DNA of 64,000 nt from Tannerellaceae bacterium (GTDB lineage Bacteria > Bacteroidota > Bacteroidia > Bacteroidales > Tannerellaceae), in NCBI GenBank assembly GCA_031257015.1, contig JAIRPK010000056.1:14116-78115 (forward strand), written 5' to 3'. The translations under genes and the position numbers were made by a program. The notes below the pieces were generated by a model that did no database searches, was not told the DNA's origin, and was given only the letters and a program-made list of their open reading frames with translations. Positions within the stretch are counted from its first letter, which is position 1. Every line of letters starts with the position of its first letter. Below, piece after piece: positions 11,028 to 21,378 of this stretch.

Positions 11028-11472
11028 TCTGTATTAATTGTTAATTTGTTAATGCTGCAAAGGTAATGATTTTGCAGGGAACTCCTATAATAATATTGCG
11101 CCGTTTGCCTCCGGAGCGAAATGGACTTTTGTGAACTTAATCATGATGGGCTTCTGCGGCGTTTCCTTCTGATGTTCTGCTGTTTTTGACGACTGTTGCG
11201 CCGGATTCTTCTTCAGGCAAAAGAGGTGGAAGCGTTTGGTGTCGGGTTGCTCTGTCCTCCGGCTTGATGAAATCGTCTCTATGCCTGATGCTTTTCTTGC
11301 CGGGAGAGGGAATATGGGTGCACAGAGGATTGTGGAGCAGAGGTGGAGCGCAGAGGCGAGGCGCGACAATGAGCTTTTCCTTTATGTAAGCGGGAGGGCG
11401 TAATGCTTCATTTTTGCGCAAAATTCAGCTGATTAGAGCTATACGGGAAGTAAAATGGTTATTTTTTGACTT

Positions 11473-11758
11473 TAAAATACTTATTTTACTGATTGTTTTA
11501 AGTTATAGTAAATGATATAGCTTAGTTTTATTGGTTGAATGAAACTATATTAATTGTTGTATATTCTTTTAATTGATTGAATATGCTTATACTAATTTTC
11601 ATGTCTTCATTTAAATTATAAAATGATACTGTGTATATTATAAAATACTTATTTAATCAATTTAATCTTCATATATGTAATAACTTATACTTGTTTAATT
11701 GGTTGAATAATATTTTATATAATGAAATATATTCATTCAACTGCAGGAATATGATTAT
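11473..11758. repeat. Decayed AT-rich duplication with exact 168-bp offset and an internal 42-bp motif phase
   Basis: TAAAATACTTATTT at 11473/11641, TTGGTTGAAT at 11531/11699, TATATTC at 11560/11728 and GAATATG at 11579/11747, each offset by 168. Confidence 0.7.
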
Positions 11759-12111
11759 GAAATTGACAGGAAGCAAAATCGCTGACAGGAATGGTTCGCG
11801 AGGACTATTGGGGATTGATTCTGAATATTGGAAGGCTCATGCGGGAAGGTGGGGAGCGTCCGGCGAAGGATGACGGCTTGCCGGGCATAAGCGGATGAAG
11901 AGGGAGGCGGCGGAACGACCGTAGTTGCTCTTAAAAAGATTGTATATTTGCCGCGGAGATTAAGGCCGTGTGGAGATGGAAACGGGAACGGAACCGAACG
12001 CATTAAACGAACTTTGACTGGCCTTTCTCAAACTAAAAAAACAAAGACAGATTCAACCGTTATGCAGATATTTATACATAATCATTTTAAGTTTTTTGAA
12101 CACAGACCGGC

Positions 12112-12729
12112 ATGAGAAAGTACCCTTCGTTATTATTGGAAAATGCGGTGAACGAGCTGGCGTCGCTTCCGGGCGTCGGGCGGCGAACGGCCTTGAGACT
12201 GGCATTGTACATGCTTAGGCGTGAGGAGGATTATACGGAGAAGTTCGCTGCGGCTTTGCTTGCTTTGCGCAGGGATATAAAATATTGCAAAGTATGCCAT
12301 AATATTTGCGACGAGGATGTTTGCGGAATATGTTCGGACGCGGGGCGAGACCGTTCGCTTATTTGTGTAGTGGAAAATATCAAGGAGATGATGGCGATCG
12401 AGAACACGGGACAGTTCAAAGGTCTTTACCATGTTCTGGGGGGTATCATTTCGCCAATCGACGGGGTCGGGCCGGGCGATTTGGAAATATCCAGCCTTGA
12501 ACAGCGAGCGGCGGAGGGATATATTAATGAAGTCATACTGGCTTTGAGCGCGACAATGGAGGGGGACACTACGAACTTCTACATTTATCGCAAACTTGCG
12601 CCGTTTAACGTCGCCGTGTCAATAATTGCTCGCGGCGTGTCTATCGGGGACGAGATTGAATATGCGGATGAAATAACGCTGGGACGGTCGATTCAGCATC
12701 GCGTCCCTTTTGGAATAACTGAAAACTGA
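12112..12729 (+). CDS. recR: Recombination mediator RecR
   Basis: [13 protein letters not shown] helix-hairpin-helix, C4 zinc finger CKVC..C..C, Toprim [10 protein letters not shown] and [15 protein letters not shown]. Confidence 0.98.
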   Translation: MRKYPSLLLENAVNELASLPGVGRRTALRLALYMLRREEDYTEKFAAALLALRRDIKYCKVCHNICDEDVCGICSDAGRDRSLICVVENIKEMMAIENTGQFKGLYHVLGGIISPIDGVGPGDLEISSLEQRAAEGYINEVILALSATMEGDTTNFYIYRKLAPFNVAVSIIARGVSIGDEIEYADEITLGRSIQHRVPFGITEN

Positions 12730-12730
12730 C

Positions 12731-13900
12731 ATGAAAGATACAGATGAAAAGCACTGGCCGATGTTGCTTTCTGTCGTCATCGTTACTTATAATGTTAAGC
12801 TTTTTCTTGAACAATGTCTGACTTCAGTCCAATGGGCTATATGGGGAATTGAGGCGGAGGTGATCGTCATCGACAATAATTCGGAGGACGGTTCAGAGGA
12901 GTATATCCGCCAGCGTTTCCCTTTCGTGCATTATGTTTTTAATGCGGAAAACCGAGGGTTTGCATCTGCAAATAATCAGGCTTTCCGAATGTGCACGGGG
13001 AAGTATATATTGATGCTTAATCCGGATACTGTTCTTGGCGAAAACGTTTTGAAGGATGTCGTTAACTTTATGGAGATGCACCCTGAGGCCGGAGCGGCGG
13101 GTGTTAAGATGCTTGATGCTCACGGGCAGTTTCTTCCGGAAAGCAAGCGGGGATTTCCTACACCGTGGGCTTCGTTTTGCAAACTGTTTGGACTGGCGAC
13201 ATTGTTTCCGGGATTGCGACTGTTTGCGAAGTATAATTTGTTGTACCTAAGTAAGAATGAAGTTCACGAGGTTGATGTTCTTGCGGGGGCGTTCATGTTT
13301 ATGCGGAGGGAGGCGCTGGCGAAGGCGGGGCAGCTGGACGAATCGTTCTTCATGTACGGCGAGGATATTGACTTGTCTTACCGCCTGAAGAAGGCGGGGT
13401 ATGTCAATTATTATCTGCCTTATCCTATTCTTCATTACAAAGGGGAAAGCAGCAAGCAGGGAACGGCGGCTTACATACAAAACTTTTACGGTGCGATGCT
13501 GCTTTTCTTCAATAAATATTATCCCAATTCGAGTTCGCTGATTCGCCGGCTAATCGGAATGGCCATCAAAATAAAAACCAAACAGGCCGAACGGAAGCTT
13601 ATGCACCGGAAAGCATTGCCCAAGCGAAGAAAACCCAGGTTGTTTCTGCTAATCTGCTTGAGGAGCGAAATTCCTCTGCTGAAGAAAATTTGTCAAAATC
13701 GCTTCGGCGACATTGAGAGGTTTGACTATGCTTTCAACGAAAACGTCAAGGAACAGATTGGGGAATATACCGACATTGTGTTCGCCTTCCCCAGCTTTGA
13801 CTTTAACAAGCTAATGGAATACATGAACGTCGGAGTCAAGGGCTTTACTTTTCACATATATAACTCATACAGCGAGCAATTAATCTCACCAAGCAAATAA
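12731..13900 (+). CDS. Glycosyltransferase family 2
   Basis: SVVIVTYN, VIDNNSED, GFASANN, LNPDT and FMYGEDID motifs. Confidence 0.92.
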   Translation: MKDTDEKHWPMLLSVVIVTYNVKLFLEQCLTSVQWAIWGIEAEVIVIDNNSEDGSEEYIRQRFPFVHYVFNAENRGFASANNQAFRMCTGKYILMLNPDTVLGENVLKDVVNFMEMHPEAGAAGVKMLDAHGQFLPESKRGFPTPWASFCKLFGLATLFPGLRLFAKYNLLYLSKNEVHEVDVLAGAFMFMRREALAKAGQLDESFFMYGEDIDLSYRLKKAGYVNYYLPYPILHYKGESSKQGTAAYIQNFYGAMLLFFNKYYPNSSSLIRRLIGMAIKIKTKQAERKLMHRKALPKRRKPRLFLLICLRSEIPLLKKICQNRFGDIERFDYAFNENVKEQIGEYTDIVFAFPSFDFNKLMEYMNVGVKGFTFHIYNSYSEQLISPSK

Positions 13901-13910
13901 AACCGATGCT

Positions 13911-14498
13911 ATGATGCTGGAAAATAATAATATCAGGCTGCGTGCCCTTGAGCCGGAAGACATTGAGTTTCTTTATGTCTGGGAAAACGATACGTCGATA
14001 TGGAATGTTGGCGACACTGTCTCACCTCTCTCTCGGCACATCCTCCGCAGTCATATTGCCAATGCCGGCATCAGCATATATGAGACGAAACAAATGCGGC
14101 TCATAGCCGAAAGCAAATCAACTGGGAATGCCTTGGGCATCATTGACCTTTACGACTTTGATTTTCATCACCGGAAAGCTGCCGTCGGCATCCTGATCTC
14201 AACATCTTCTCGGCGGAGGGGAGTCGGTAGGGAGGCGCTCAATATGCTGGCCGAGTATGCTTTTTCTTATCTGAAGCTTCATCAATTATATGCTTACATA
14301 CCTGCCGGGAATAATGCTAGCCTGGCCTTGTTCCGAAGCTGCGGGTTTGAGGCAACGATAGTCCTGCGCGAATGGATCTCGACTACGAATGGGTTTGAGG
14401 ATATTGTTGTTGCCCAAAAAATAAACCAGTCTGACGAGCAGAATAAGAAACGGAAAAGCTGGAAGGCCTGGATGGGTTTGGGCTTCGGCAAGAAATAA
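13911..14498 (+). CDS. GNAT N-acetyltransferase (RimJ/RimL-like)
   Basis: IRLRALEPED, RRRGVGREAL acetyl-CoA motif and NNASLALFRSCGF. Confidence 0.9.
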   Translation: MMLENNNIRLRALEPEDIEFLYVWENDTSIWNVGDTVSPLSRHILRSHIANAGISIYETKQMRLIAESKSTGNALGIIDLYDFDFHHRKAAVGILISTSSRRRGVGREALNMLAEYAFSYLKLHQLYAYIPAGNNASLALFRSCGFEATIVLREWISTTNGFEDIVVAQKINQSDEQNKKRKSWKAWMGLGFGKK

Positions 14499-14536
14499 AT
14501 AACTCCGTATAAATTAACGATTATCTGAAAAAAGAC

Positions 14537-16795
14537 ATGGATTTTTTGAATCATTTGAACAAGAGTCAGCAGGAGGCCGTCCTTTATATCGACGGCCCCG
14601 CTTTAGTTATCGCCGGTGCAGGGTCGGGGAAGACAAGGGTGCTTACCTACAAGATTGCTTACCTGCTTGCCCAAGGATGGTCGCCGTACAATATTCTTGC
14701 GTTAACTTTCACCAACAAGGCAGCAAGGGAAATGAAAGAACGAATCTCAACTCTTGCCGAACCGAGGCAGGCAAGAGCACTGTGGATGGGGACGTTTCAC
14801 TCAATATTCTCACGTATTCTCAGGAAAGAATGTGCACGCCTCGGCTATCCTGCAGACTTTACCATCTACGACAGCGATGACTCCAAAAGCCTCATCAGAA
14901 CAATAATAAAAGAAATGAGTCTCGACGAAAAGCTATATCGTTCAGGAGCAGTACAAAGCCGTATCTCGCAAGCCAAGAATGCTCTGGTTACGAGCGAATC
15001 ATATGGGCGCAACAAGGAGATTATGGATCAAGACATGCGCTCGAAAATGCCTTATATCCGTGATATTTATGTGAGGTACCAGGCGAGATGCTATCAGGCT
15101 GGAGCTATGGACTTCGATGACTTGCTTTTGCAAACTAATATCCTGTTCCGTGACCATCCGGACGTACTTAATGATTACGGAAATATCTTCCGATACATAC
15201 TTGTGGATGAGTATCAGGATACGAACTTTGCACAGTATCTCATTGTGCAGAAGCTGGCACAGAAGCATAATCGACTTTGTGTCGTCGGAGATGATGCACA
15301 AAGTATTTACTCGTTCAGAGGAGCGAATATTGATAATATCCTGAAGTTTAAGAACCAGCATCCGGACTGCAAAATCTTCAAGCTCGAACACAACTACCGC
15401 TCTACGCAAAACATCGTGAACATCGCCAACAGTCTTATATCCAAAAACAGTAATCAAATACATAAAAAAGTATATTCCGAAAAAGAAGAGGGTGCGAAGA
15501 TAAAACTGCTCGCGGCGTACTCCGACCATGAGGAAGCCTACACCGTAGGGGCAAAGATTATTGAGCTTCGCATGTTCAACAGCGGGAAGTTCGCCTATCG
15601 CGACTTCGCCGTACTGTACAGAACCAACGCACAGTCACGAGTTCTTGAAGAGGCTTTCCGAAAAAGAAGCATCCCTTACCGGGTTTACGGCGGCATGTCC
15701 TTTTATCAACGGAAAGAAGTTAAAGACGTTATGGCTTATCTACGACTTACCGTCAATCCAGACGACGAGGAGGCGCTAAAGCGTATTATTAACTTTCCGG
15801 CAAGGGGCATAGGCGAAACAACTATCGGAAAACTCTCCGCTGCCGCTGCGGCAAACAATGTGAGTATCCGGAGCATCCTAAACACGCAAAATCCTCTCGC
15901 TCCTACGCTCAACAAAGGGACTTGGAACAAGCTGGCGGCCTTTAACCGCATGTTGGAACGATTTGCTGACTTGAACAGGAAGACGCCGCTAAATTCGCTC
16001 GTCGAGGTCATTATTAATGAAAGCGGTTTGGCACAAGAATTTGCAAAGGATGACTCGGTCGAGAATCAAAGCAGACGGGAGAATGTTCAGGAGCTTGTCA
16101 AAAGCGTACAGGACTATGCAGATGCACGTCTCGAAGAAGACGGCGCCTCAAATGTAACTCTGTCCGATTATCTCTCTGAAGTAGCGCTTTACACTGACCA
16201 GGATAATGAGGCGCAGGACAGCGACAAAGTAATGATGATGACCGTTCATGCGTCAAAAGGATTGGAGTTCAAGAATGTCTTAATCACCGGACTTGAAGAA
16301 GAACTCTTTCCATCCTCACGCTCAAGAACAGACCCGAAGGCCATAGAAGAGGAGCGTCGGCTTTTCTATGTTGCTATAACAAGAGCGCAGGAGAATTGTA
16401 TCCTGACTTACGCTCAGAACAGATTTCACAACGGAATGTCAGGCAATTGCCGACCAAGCAGGTTCCTCGCCGACCTCGACCCTGCCTTCCTGGACATCGC
16501 CGGCGACAACCGTGCAGAAAGCCGTCTAACGAATGTAATGCACTCGCAATCAACATGGAAATATGAATCACGACCGATGGGAACAACTCATACCGCAGAG
16601 GCTCGAAACGATAGTTATAAGCATGTTAATGTATCAGAACTGCAAGTGGGTATGGATGTCATACACGAAAGATTCGGAAATGGAACGATCGTTGAACTGT
16701 CTATTGCTCCGGGCAATGAAAGCGCAACGATCGATTTCGGCGACTTCGGCGTTAAACGCCTAATCTTAAAGTTCGCCTACCTTAGAATACCATAA
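14537..16795 (+). CDS. pcrA: UvrD/PcrA ATP-dependent DNA helicase
   Basis: AGAGSGKT, TFTNKAA, VDEYQDTN, VGDDAQSIYSFRGA, TVHASKGLEF and EERRLFYVAITRA motifs. Confidence 0.95.
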   Translation: MDFLNHLNKSQQEAVLYIDGPALVIAGAGSGKTRVLTYKIAYLLAQGWSPYNILALTFTNKAAREMKERISTLAEPRQARALWMGTFHSIFSRILRKECARLGYPADFTIYDSDDSKSLIRTIIKEMSLDEKLYRSGAVQSRISQAKNALVTSESYGRNKEIMDQDMRSKMPYIRDIYVRYQARCYQAGAMDFDDLLLQTNILFRDHPDVLNDYGNIFRYILVDEYQDTNFAQYLIVQKLAQKHNRLCVVGDDAQSIYSFRGANIDNILKFKNQHPDCKIFKLEHNYRSTQNIVNIANSLISKNSNQIHKKVYSEKEEGAKIKLLAAYSDHEEAYTVGAKIIELRMFNSGKFAYRDFAVLYRTNAQSRVLEEAFRKRSIPYRVYGGMSFYQRKEVKDVMAYLRLTVNPDDEEALKRIINFPARGIGETTIGKLSAAAAANNVSIRSILNTQNPLAPTLNKGTWNKLAAFNRMLERFADLNRKTPLNSLVEVIINESGLAQEFAKDDSVENQSRRENVQELVKSVQDYADARLEEDGASNVTLSDYLSEVALYTDQDNEAQDSDKVMMMTVHASKGLEFKNVLITGLEEELFPSSRSRTDPKAIEEERRLFYVAITRAQENCILTYAQNRFHNGMSGNCRPSRFLADLDPAFLDIAGDNRAESRLTNVMHSQSTWKYESRPMGTTHTAEARNDSYKHVNVSELQVGMDVIHERFGNGTIVELSIAPGNESATIDFGDFGVKRLILKFAYLRIP

Positions 16796-17487
16796 CGGAA
16801 AACGGGCGTCGATGCCCAACTTATCACTGACGAATCACTGTTAAATTGGCGCACGTAGCATATCCTGAAAAAGAGACTGTCTGTCTCTCGTGCGCTAAGC
16901 CCGCCAAGATTAAAGGCATTTGCCATTGTGACGGGTTGCGTCGCCTGTGTCGATGACTGGGGATAAACTCTTAGAAAAAGATCATATACGCCGCCAGTCG
17001 AAGCACGGCTTAAATCGCAGGACAATTCAAAAGCGAGGGGCAGGCTGTCTGCTTTATGACCTGTCAGAAGGAAGAATCGGTCGCGAATAAAAGCATTGAA
17101 ATCATACACGGCGGAAATCGTTCGCTCTCCGTGAATGGCTGTTGTCGTATCCGTAAGCGAGGGCTTCAATGACGACGATGGAACTGACGTCATACGCTTA
17201 ATGTCCACTGCAAGGTGATCTTTTACGCGACCTGAATCCAGATTGTCCGCAGCACCGCGATCATACGTGAAGTCAACTATTACGCAATCGCCGTCCAATA
17301 CGGACGACAGCCCCGAACGAGTGTACAATATATCTCCACCTTTAACGCAAACAAACGTACTGTCGTCGCGCAACATAACTACTCCCGGATAATTCCCCAA
17401 ACTTACTTTCTCGTTCCCTCCGTCCAGGCAGGATGCCAGCGCCATTGCCGACGCTACCAAAAGAATGTATGTAATGATTCTCTTCAT
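16777..17487 (-). CDS. Lipoprotein, NigD-like
   Basis: Lipobox ALASC, OB-like N-terminal segment (G..V.VDFTY) and size fit NigD-like proteins; the family call is tentative. Confidence 0.55.
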   Translation of the reverse strand: MKRIITYILLVASAMALASCLDGGNEKVSLGNYPGVVMLRDDSTFVCVKGGDILYTRSGLSSVLDGDCVIVDFTYDRGAADNLDSGRVKDHLAVDIKRMTSVPSSSLKPSLTDTTTAIHGERTISAVYDFNAFIRDRFFLLTGHKADSLPLAFELSCDLSRASTGGVYDLFLRVYPQSSTQATQPVTMANAFNLGGLSARETDSLFFRICYVRQFNSDSSVISWASTPVFRYGILR

Positions 17488-17589
17488 CTGCTTAATTATT
17501 AATTTGTTTAGATGGTAAAGTTAATAAATAGTACGATTATCGTGCGGCTACTGCCTTGATGGCGCGACCTGACGCATGTTTGCCCTGCG

Positions 17590-19347
17590 CTACTCCGACT
17601 TTTTTATGATTAAGCGAAGTTCCTCCAGCTGCGATTTGTCGATCTCCGAGGGGGCATCAATCATGACGTCTCGACCGGAGGTGTTTTTAGGGAAGGCTAT
17701 ACAGTCGCGGATGGAATCAAGACCGGCAAAGAGCGATACCCAGCGATCCAGACCGTAGGCAATGCCTCCATGGGGAGGAGCGCCGTAAGTAAAGGCGTTG
17801 GTAAGGAAGCCGAAGCGAGACTGAGCTTCCTCCGCCGTGAAGCCAAGCAATTGGAACATTCGGCTTTGCAGGGCGCTGTCGTGGATTCGGATGGAACCAC
17901 CACCCACTTCGACGCCGTTGATGACCATATCGTAGGCATTGGCGCTCACAGAGCCTGGCGACGTCTCCAGCAAGGGAATATGCTCCGGCTTCGGGGAGGT
18001 GAAGGGGTGGTGCATGGCGTAAAAGCGTCCGTCCTCCTCGCTCCATTCCAGCAGAGGGAAATCTATTACCCAAAGGCAGGCAAACCGGTTCTTGTCGCGA
18101 AGTCCAAGACGGGTTCCCATCTCCAAACGAAGCTCGCTCAATTGCTTTCGGGTCTTCATCACGTCGGGGCCGGACAGAATCAGAATGAGATCGCCAGGGG
18201 AGGCGTCGAAGGCGGCTTTCATCTTCTGAAGAATGTCTTGAGAATAGAACTTGTCAACCGTGGATTTAACTGTGCCGTCAGCCTCTACGCGGGCATAGAC
18301 CAAACCTTTGGCACCTATCTGCGGACGCTTGACATATTCAGTCAGCTCGTCCATCTGCTTGCGGGTGTATCCTGCTGCGCCGGCTGCACATATTCCGCCT
18401 ATGTAGGCGGCCTCGTCGAAGAGGGCGAAGCCGTGCCCCTTCAAAATGCTATCCAACTCGACGAACTGCATCCCGAATCGAATGTCGGGCTTGTCGCTTC
18501 CGTAGAGCTTCATCGCTTCTGCCCATGTAATGCGCGGAAACGGCTCGGTTATCTCTATATCGCGGATGCTCTTAAACAAATGTTTGGCCATGCCCTCGAA
18601 AAGGGTTAGCACATCGTCCTGCTCGACGAAGCTCATCTCGCAGTCTATCTGCGTAAACTCCGGCTGGCGGTCGGCACGCAAATCTTCGTCGCGGAAACAT
18701 TTCACAATCTGAAAGTAACGGTCGAAGCCTGATACCATAAGCAGCTGCTTGAACGTCTGGGGCGATTGCGGCAAGGCATAGAACTGACCCGGATTCATGC
18801 GGGACGGAACAACGAAGTCTCTTGCTCCCTCCGGAGTGGAACTGATCAATACCGGCGTTTCAACTTCCATAAATCCCTTGCCGTCAAGGTAGCGCCGAAC
18901 TTCGATCGTCATCCGGTGGCGCAGCTCGAGGTTTGAACGGACTGCATTACGGCGAAGATCCAGATAGCGGTATTTCATCCGAAGGTCATCGCCTCCATCG
19001 GTATCGTCCTCTATCGTAAACGGCGGCGTGGCGGCTACGTTCAGCACGTCGAGGGCTGTTACTGTTATTTCAATCTCCCCTGTGGGCAGATGCGCGTTTT
19101 TGTTCGAGCGCTCGGCAACGATGCCAGTCGCCCGGATGACATATTCGCGCCCCAAACGGTTGGCTCGCTCGCACAGCTCCGCATCCGTATCATTATTAAA
19201 AACCAATTGCGTGAGGCCGTAACGATCACGCAAATCGACGAAAGTCATCCCTCCCATCCGGCGGGTTCTCTGCACCCAGCCTGCCAGCGTCACGGTCTTT
19301 CCCGCATCTGCCTGACGCAACTCTCCACAAGTATTCGTTCTATACAT
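17590..19347 (-). CDS. aspS: Aspartate--tRNA ligase
   Basis: [42 protein letters not shown] and [12 protein letters not shown] motifs. Confidence 0.98.
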   Translation of the reverse strand: MYRTNTCGELRQADAGKTVTLAGWVQRTRRMGGMTFVDLRDRYGLTQLVFNNDTDAELCERANRLGREYVIRATGIVAERSNKNAHLPTGEIEITVTALDVLNVAATPPFTIEDDTDGGDDLRMKYRYLDLRRNAVRSNLELRHRMTIEVRRYLDGKGFMEVETPVLISSTPEGARDFVVPSRMNPGQFYALPQSPQTFKQLLMVSGFDRYFQIVKCFRDEDLRADRQPEFTQIDCEMSFVEQDDVLTLFEGMAKHLFKSIRDIEITEPFPRITWAEAMKLYGSDKPDIRFGMQFVELDSILKGHGFALFDEAAYIGGICAAGAAGYTRKQMDELTEYVKRPQIGAKGLVYARVEADGTVKSTVDKFYSQDILQKMKAAFDASPGDLILILSGPDVMKTRKQLSELRLEMGTRLGLRDKNRFACLWVIDFPLLEWSEEDGRFYAMHHPFTSPKPEHIPLLETSPGSVSANAYDMVINGVEVGGGSIRIHDSALQSRMFQLLGFTAEEAQSRFGFLTNAFTYGAPPHGGIAYGLDRWVSLFAGLDSIRDCIAFPKNTSGRDVMIDAPSEIDKSQLEELRLIIKKSE

Positions 19348-19565
19348 ATATAATATAATGAGTGATTTTATTTGCCCGCGAAGGTAGATAAAATTTCATT
19401 GCTGCCCGTCGCCGGCAAAAGCGCCTCTTGCGCCAACAACTGAATCAATGTTGCATCCTACCAATGCAGAGCGTTACACATATACGGGGAATTTCCGAAA
19501 TTGTTCTTTACCTGTGCATAGTCGGAAAAATGCACATTCCCGAAAAGATGGGACTTTTTCATACA

Positions 19566-19965
19566 TGCAAATTGTTCTTGTTCAAAACAGGAAGCTTTTG
19601 CATCATTACAAATCGCTCCTGTTCAAAACATGAGGCGTTTGCATCGTTGCAAATCGTTCATGTTCAAAACAGGAGGCGTTTGCATCGTTGCAAATCGCTC
19701 TTGTTCAAAACATGGAGCGTTTGCATCGTTGCAAATCGCTCTTGTTCAAAACAGGAGGCGTTTGCATAGTTGCAAATCGTTCATGTTCAAAACATGGAGC
19801 TTTTGCATCGTTGCAAATCGTTCATGTTCAAAACATGGAGCTTTTGCATCGTTGCAAATTGTCCATGTTCAAAACAGGAAGCTTTTGCATCGTTGCAAAT
19901 TGTTCCTGTTCAAAACAGGAGGCGTTTGCATAGTTGCAAATTGCTCCTGTTCAAAACAGGGGCTT
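19566..19965. repeat. 41-bp palindromic tandem array, 10 units (last partial)
   Basis: Units start at 19566, 19607 ... 19935. Consensus TGCAAATCGYTCHTGTTCAAAACAKGRRGCKTTTGCATCGT; no unique spacers. Confidence 0.95.
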
Positions 19966-20066
19966 CCAAAATCTATGCGAAAGCTGCAATACGCAAGCAG
20001 GGGTTGGACTTTTTACATATACGGTGCGCCAACGAAAATTCGATTCCGGCGGAAATATGCCTGAGA

Positions 20067-21377
20067 CTAAGGGAAGCGGAGGGAGAAGGTTGTCTCACAC
20101 GCCGCGCCGTTGAGCGTCAGGCTGCCACCATGCAGACGCATGATTTGTCGAGAGATGGACAGGCCGATGCCGCTGCCGCCTTCCTTGGTGGAGAAGAAGG
20201 GAATGAAGATTTGCGAGGATATTTCCGGAGGGATGCCGGGGCCGTTGTCGGAGATGTCGATGGTTATTGAATCGTCGGCGTGGCAGAGGGCTTTGATTTG
20301 GACATGTCCGTCGCTGCGGGTGTTGCCTACGGCTTCGATGGCGTTTTTTACAACGTTGAGAAGGACTTGAGTGATGAGATTTTCGTCGGCGTGCAAGATA
20401 AGATTGGGGGGCTGGATGTCGATTTGAATCTTGATGGAAGGGTATTGACTTTGGGACATCGACAAGTGTTTGATTCGTTCAATGAAGGGGGCGACCTCGA
20501 AAAGTGTGGGACTGGGAGTCGGGATGTGCGTGAAGCGGCGATAGGAATTGACGAAGGCTATAAGGCTGCGACCGGTGGCACGGATGATTTCCAGGCCTTT
20601 GCGGATCTCTCCGGTGTCGCCGTCGTCCAGCGCCAGCAGTGTAGAACTCAGGGATGCTATGGGGGTGACGGCGTTCATGATTTCGTGCGTAAGGACACGG
20701 GTGAGGCGTATCCATGCGTCCAGTTCTTTTTCGTCGAGTTCGCGGTTAATATCGTTGATGGCTAGTATGCGGACGCGGTTGTCGTGGAGGGAGATGGCGG
20801 CAGCGCGGACGGAAAGGTGGACGGTGTGCAGCCCGTTGCTGAAGGTTGTTTGTTGCTTGCTGCCGGCAGGGATGGAGGACAGTATTTCGTAAAGGCTTTC
20901 ATCGACGCGGCGCAGCTGTCTGCAATGGGTGAGAACGGACAGACCGAGAAGGCGGAGCGCTTCATTGTTGATTTGGACGATGACGCCGATTTCGTCGATG
21001 ACGATAATGCCGGTGCTGACGCTGTTCATTATCAGTTCGTAGTATTTCTCCTTTTGAATGGCTTCCAGCTTGACCTGGTGGAGGATATGAGTGATACGGT
21101 TGAGGGATTGGTTGACAAGGCGGTCAGCCGAAAGGGGACTTGCATCGGGAAACTTTACGGTATGGTCGGAATTTTCTACGGCGTCAAGTATAAAGGCGAT
21201 CTTGGAGGCATTACGCTTGTAGATGCCTGTCAATTGCCGGACAGAATAGAGCATGGCGGGAAGGATAATAACACCGGCCATCCATTCGCGGGAACAGAAG
21301 GCTATGGTTGCGCCGGAGGTCGCGAGGATGAGGAGAAGGAGCTGAAGGTACAGATTGCGATGCAGCTTGTTGAACAC
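20067..21377 (-). CDS. Sensor histidine kinase (short 2-TM N-terminus, PAS-like region, HisKA, HATPase)
   Basis: H-box LTHEIMNAVTP, N-box NVVKNAIEA, DNGPGI and GSGIGL. Start reassigned to the GTG at 21377, 1 nt after the regulator stop. Confidence 0.93.
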   Translation of the reverse strand: MFNKLHRNLYLQLLLLILATSGATIAFCSREWMAGVIILPAMLYSVRQLTGIYKRNASKIAFILDAVENSDHTVKFPDASPLSADRLVNQSLNRITHILHQVKLEAIQKEKYYELIMNSVSTGIIVIDEIGVIVQINNEALRLLGLSVLTHCRQLRRVDESLYEILSSIPAGSKQQTTFSNGLHTVHLSVRAAAISLHDNRVRILAINDINRELDEKELDAWIRLTRVLTHEIMNAVTPIASLSSTLLALDDGDTGEIRKGLEIIRATGRSLIAFVNSYRRFTHIPTPSPTLFEVAPFIERIKHLSMSQSQYPSIKIQIDIQPPNLILHADENLITQVLLNVVKNAIEAVGNTRSDGHVQIKALCHADDSITIDISDNGPGIPPEISSQIFIPFFSTKEGGSGIGLSISRQIMRLHGGSLTLNGAACETTFSLRFP

Positions 21378-21378
21378 G

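Noticed and set aside
11085-11421. Three overlapping short ORFs upstream of the DUF1573 operon
   Set aside because: No recognisable motifs and no preferred frame; one would run through the TACCTTTG promoter region. Cannot be supported as genes.
11940-12110. Possible structured leader before recR (AGGCC..GGCCT, short GAAC repeats)
   Set aside because: The pairing is too short to distinguish from chance.
19566-19965. Possible CRISPR array (also considered for 44627-45098 and 57944-58246)
   Set aside because: Units are contiguous with only point variation, there are no unique spacers, and no cas genes are in the window.
19428-20064. Several overlapping Cys/Lys-rich ORFs over the 41-bp array
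   Set aside because: The period is not a multiple of 3, so the peptide pattern cycles through frames; these are artefacts of the repeat.
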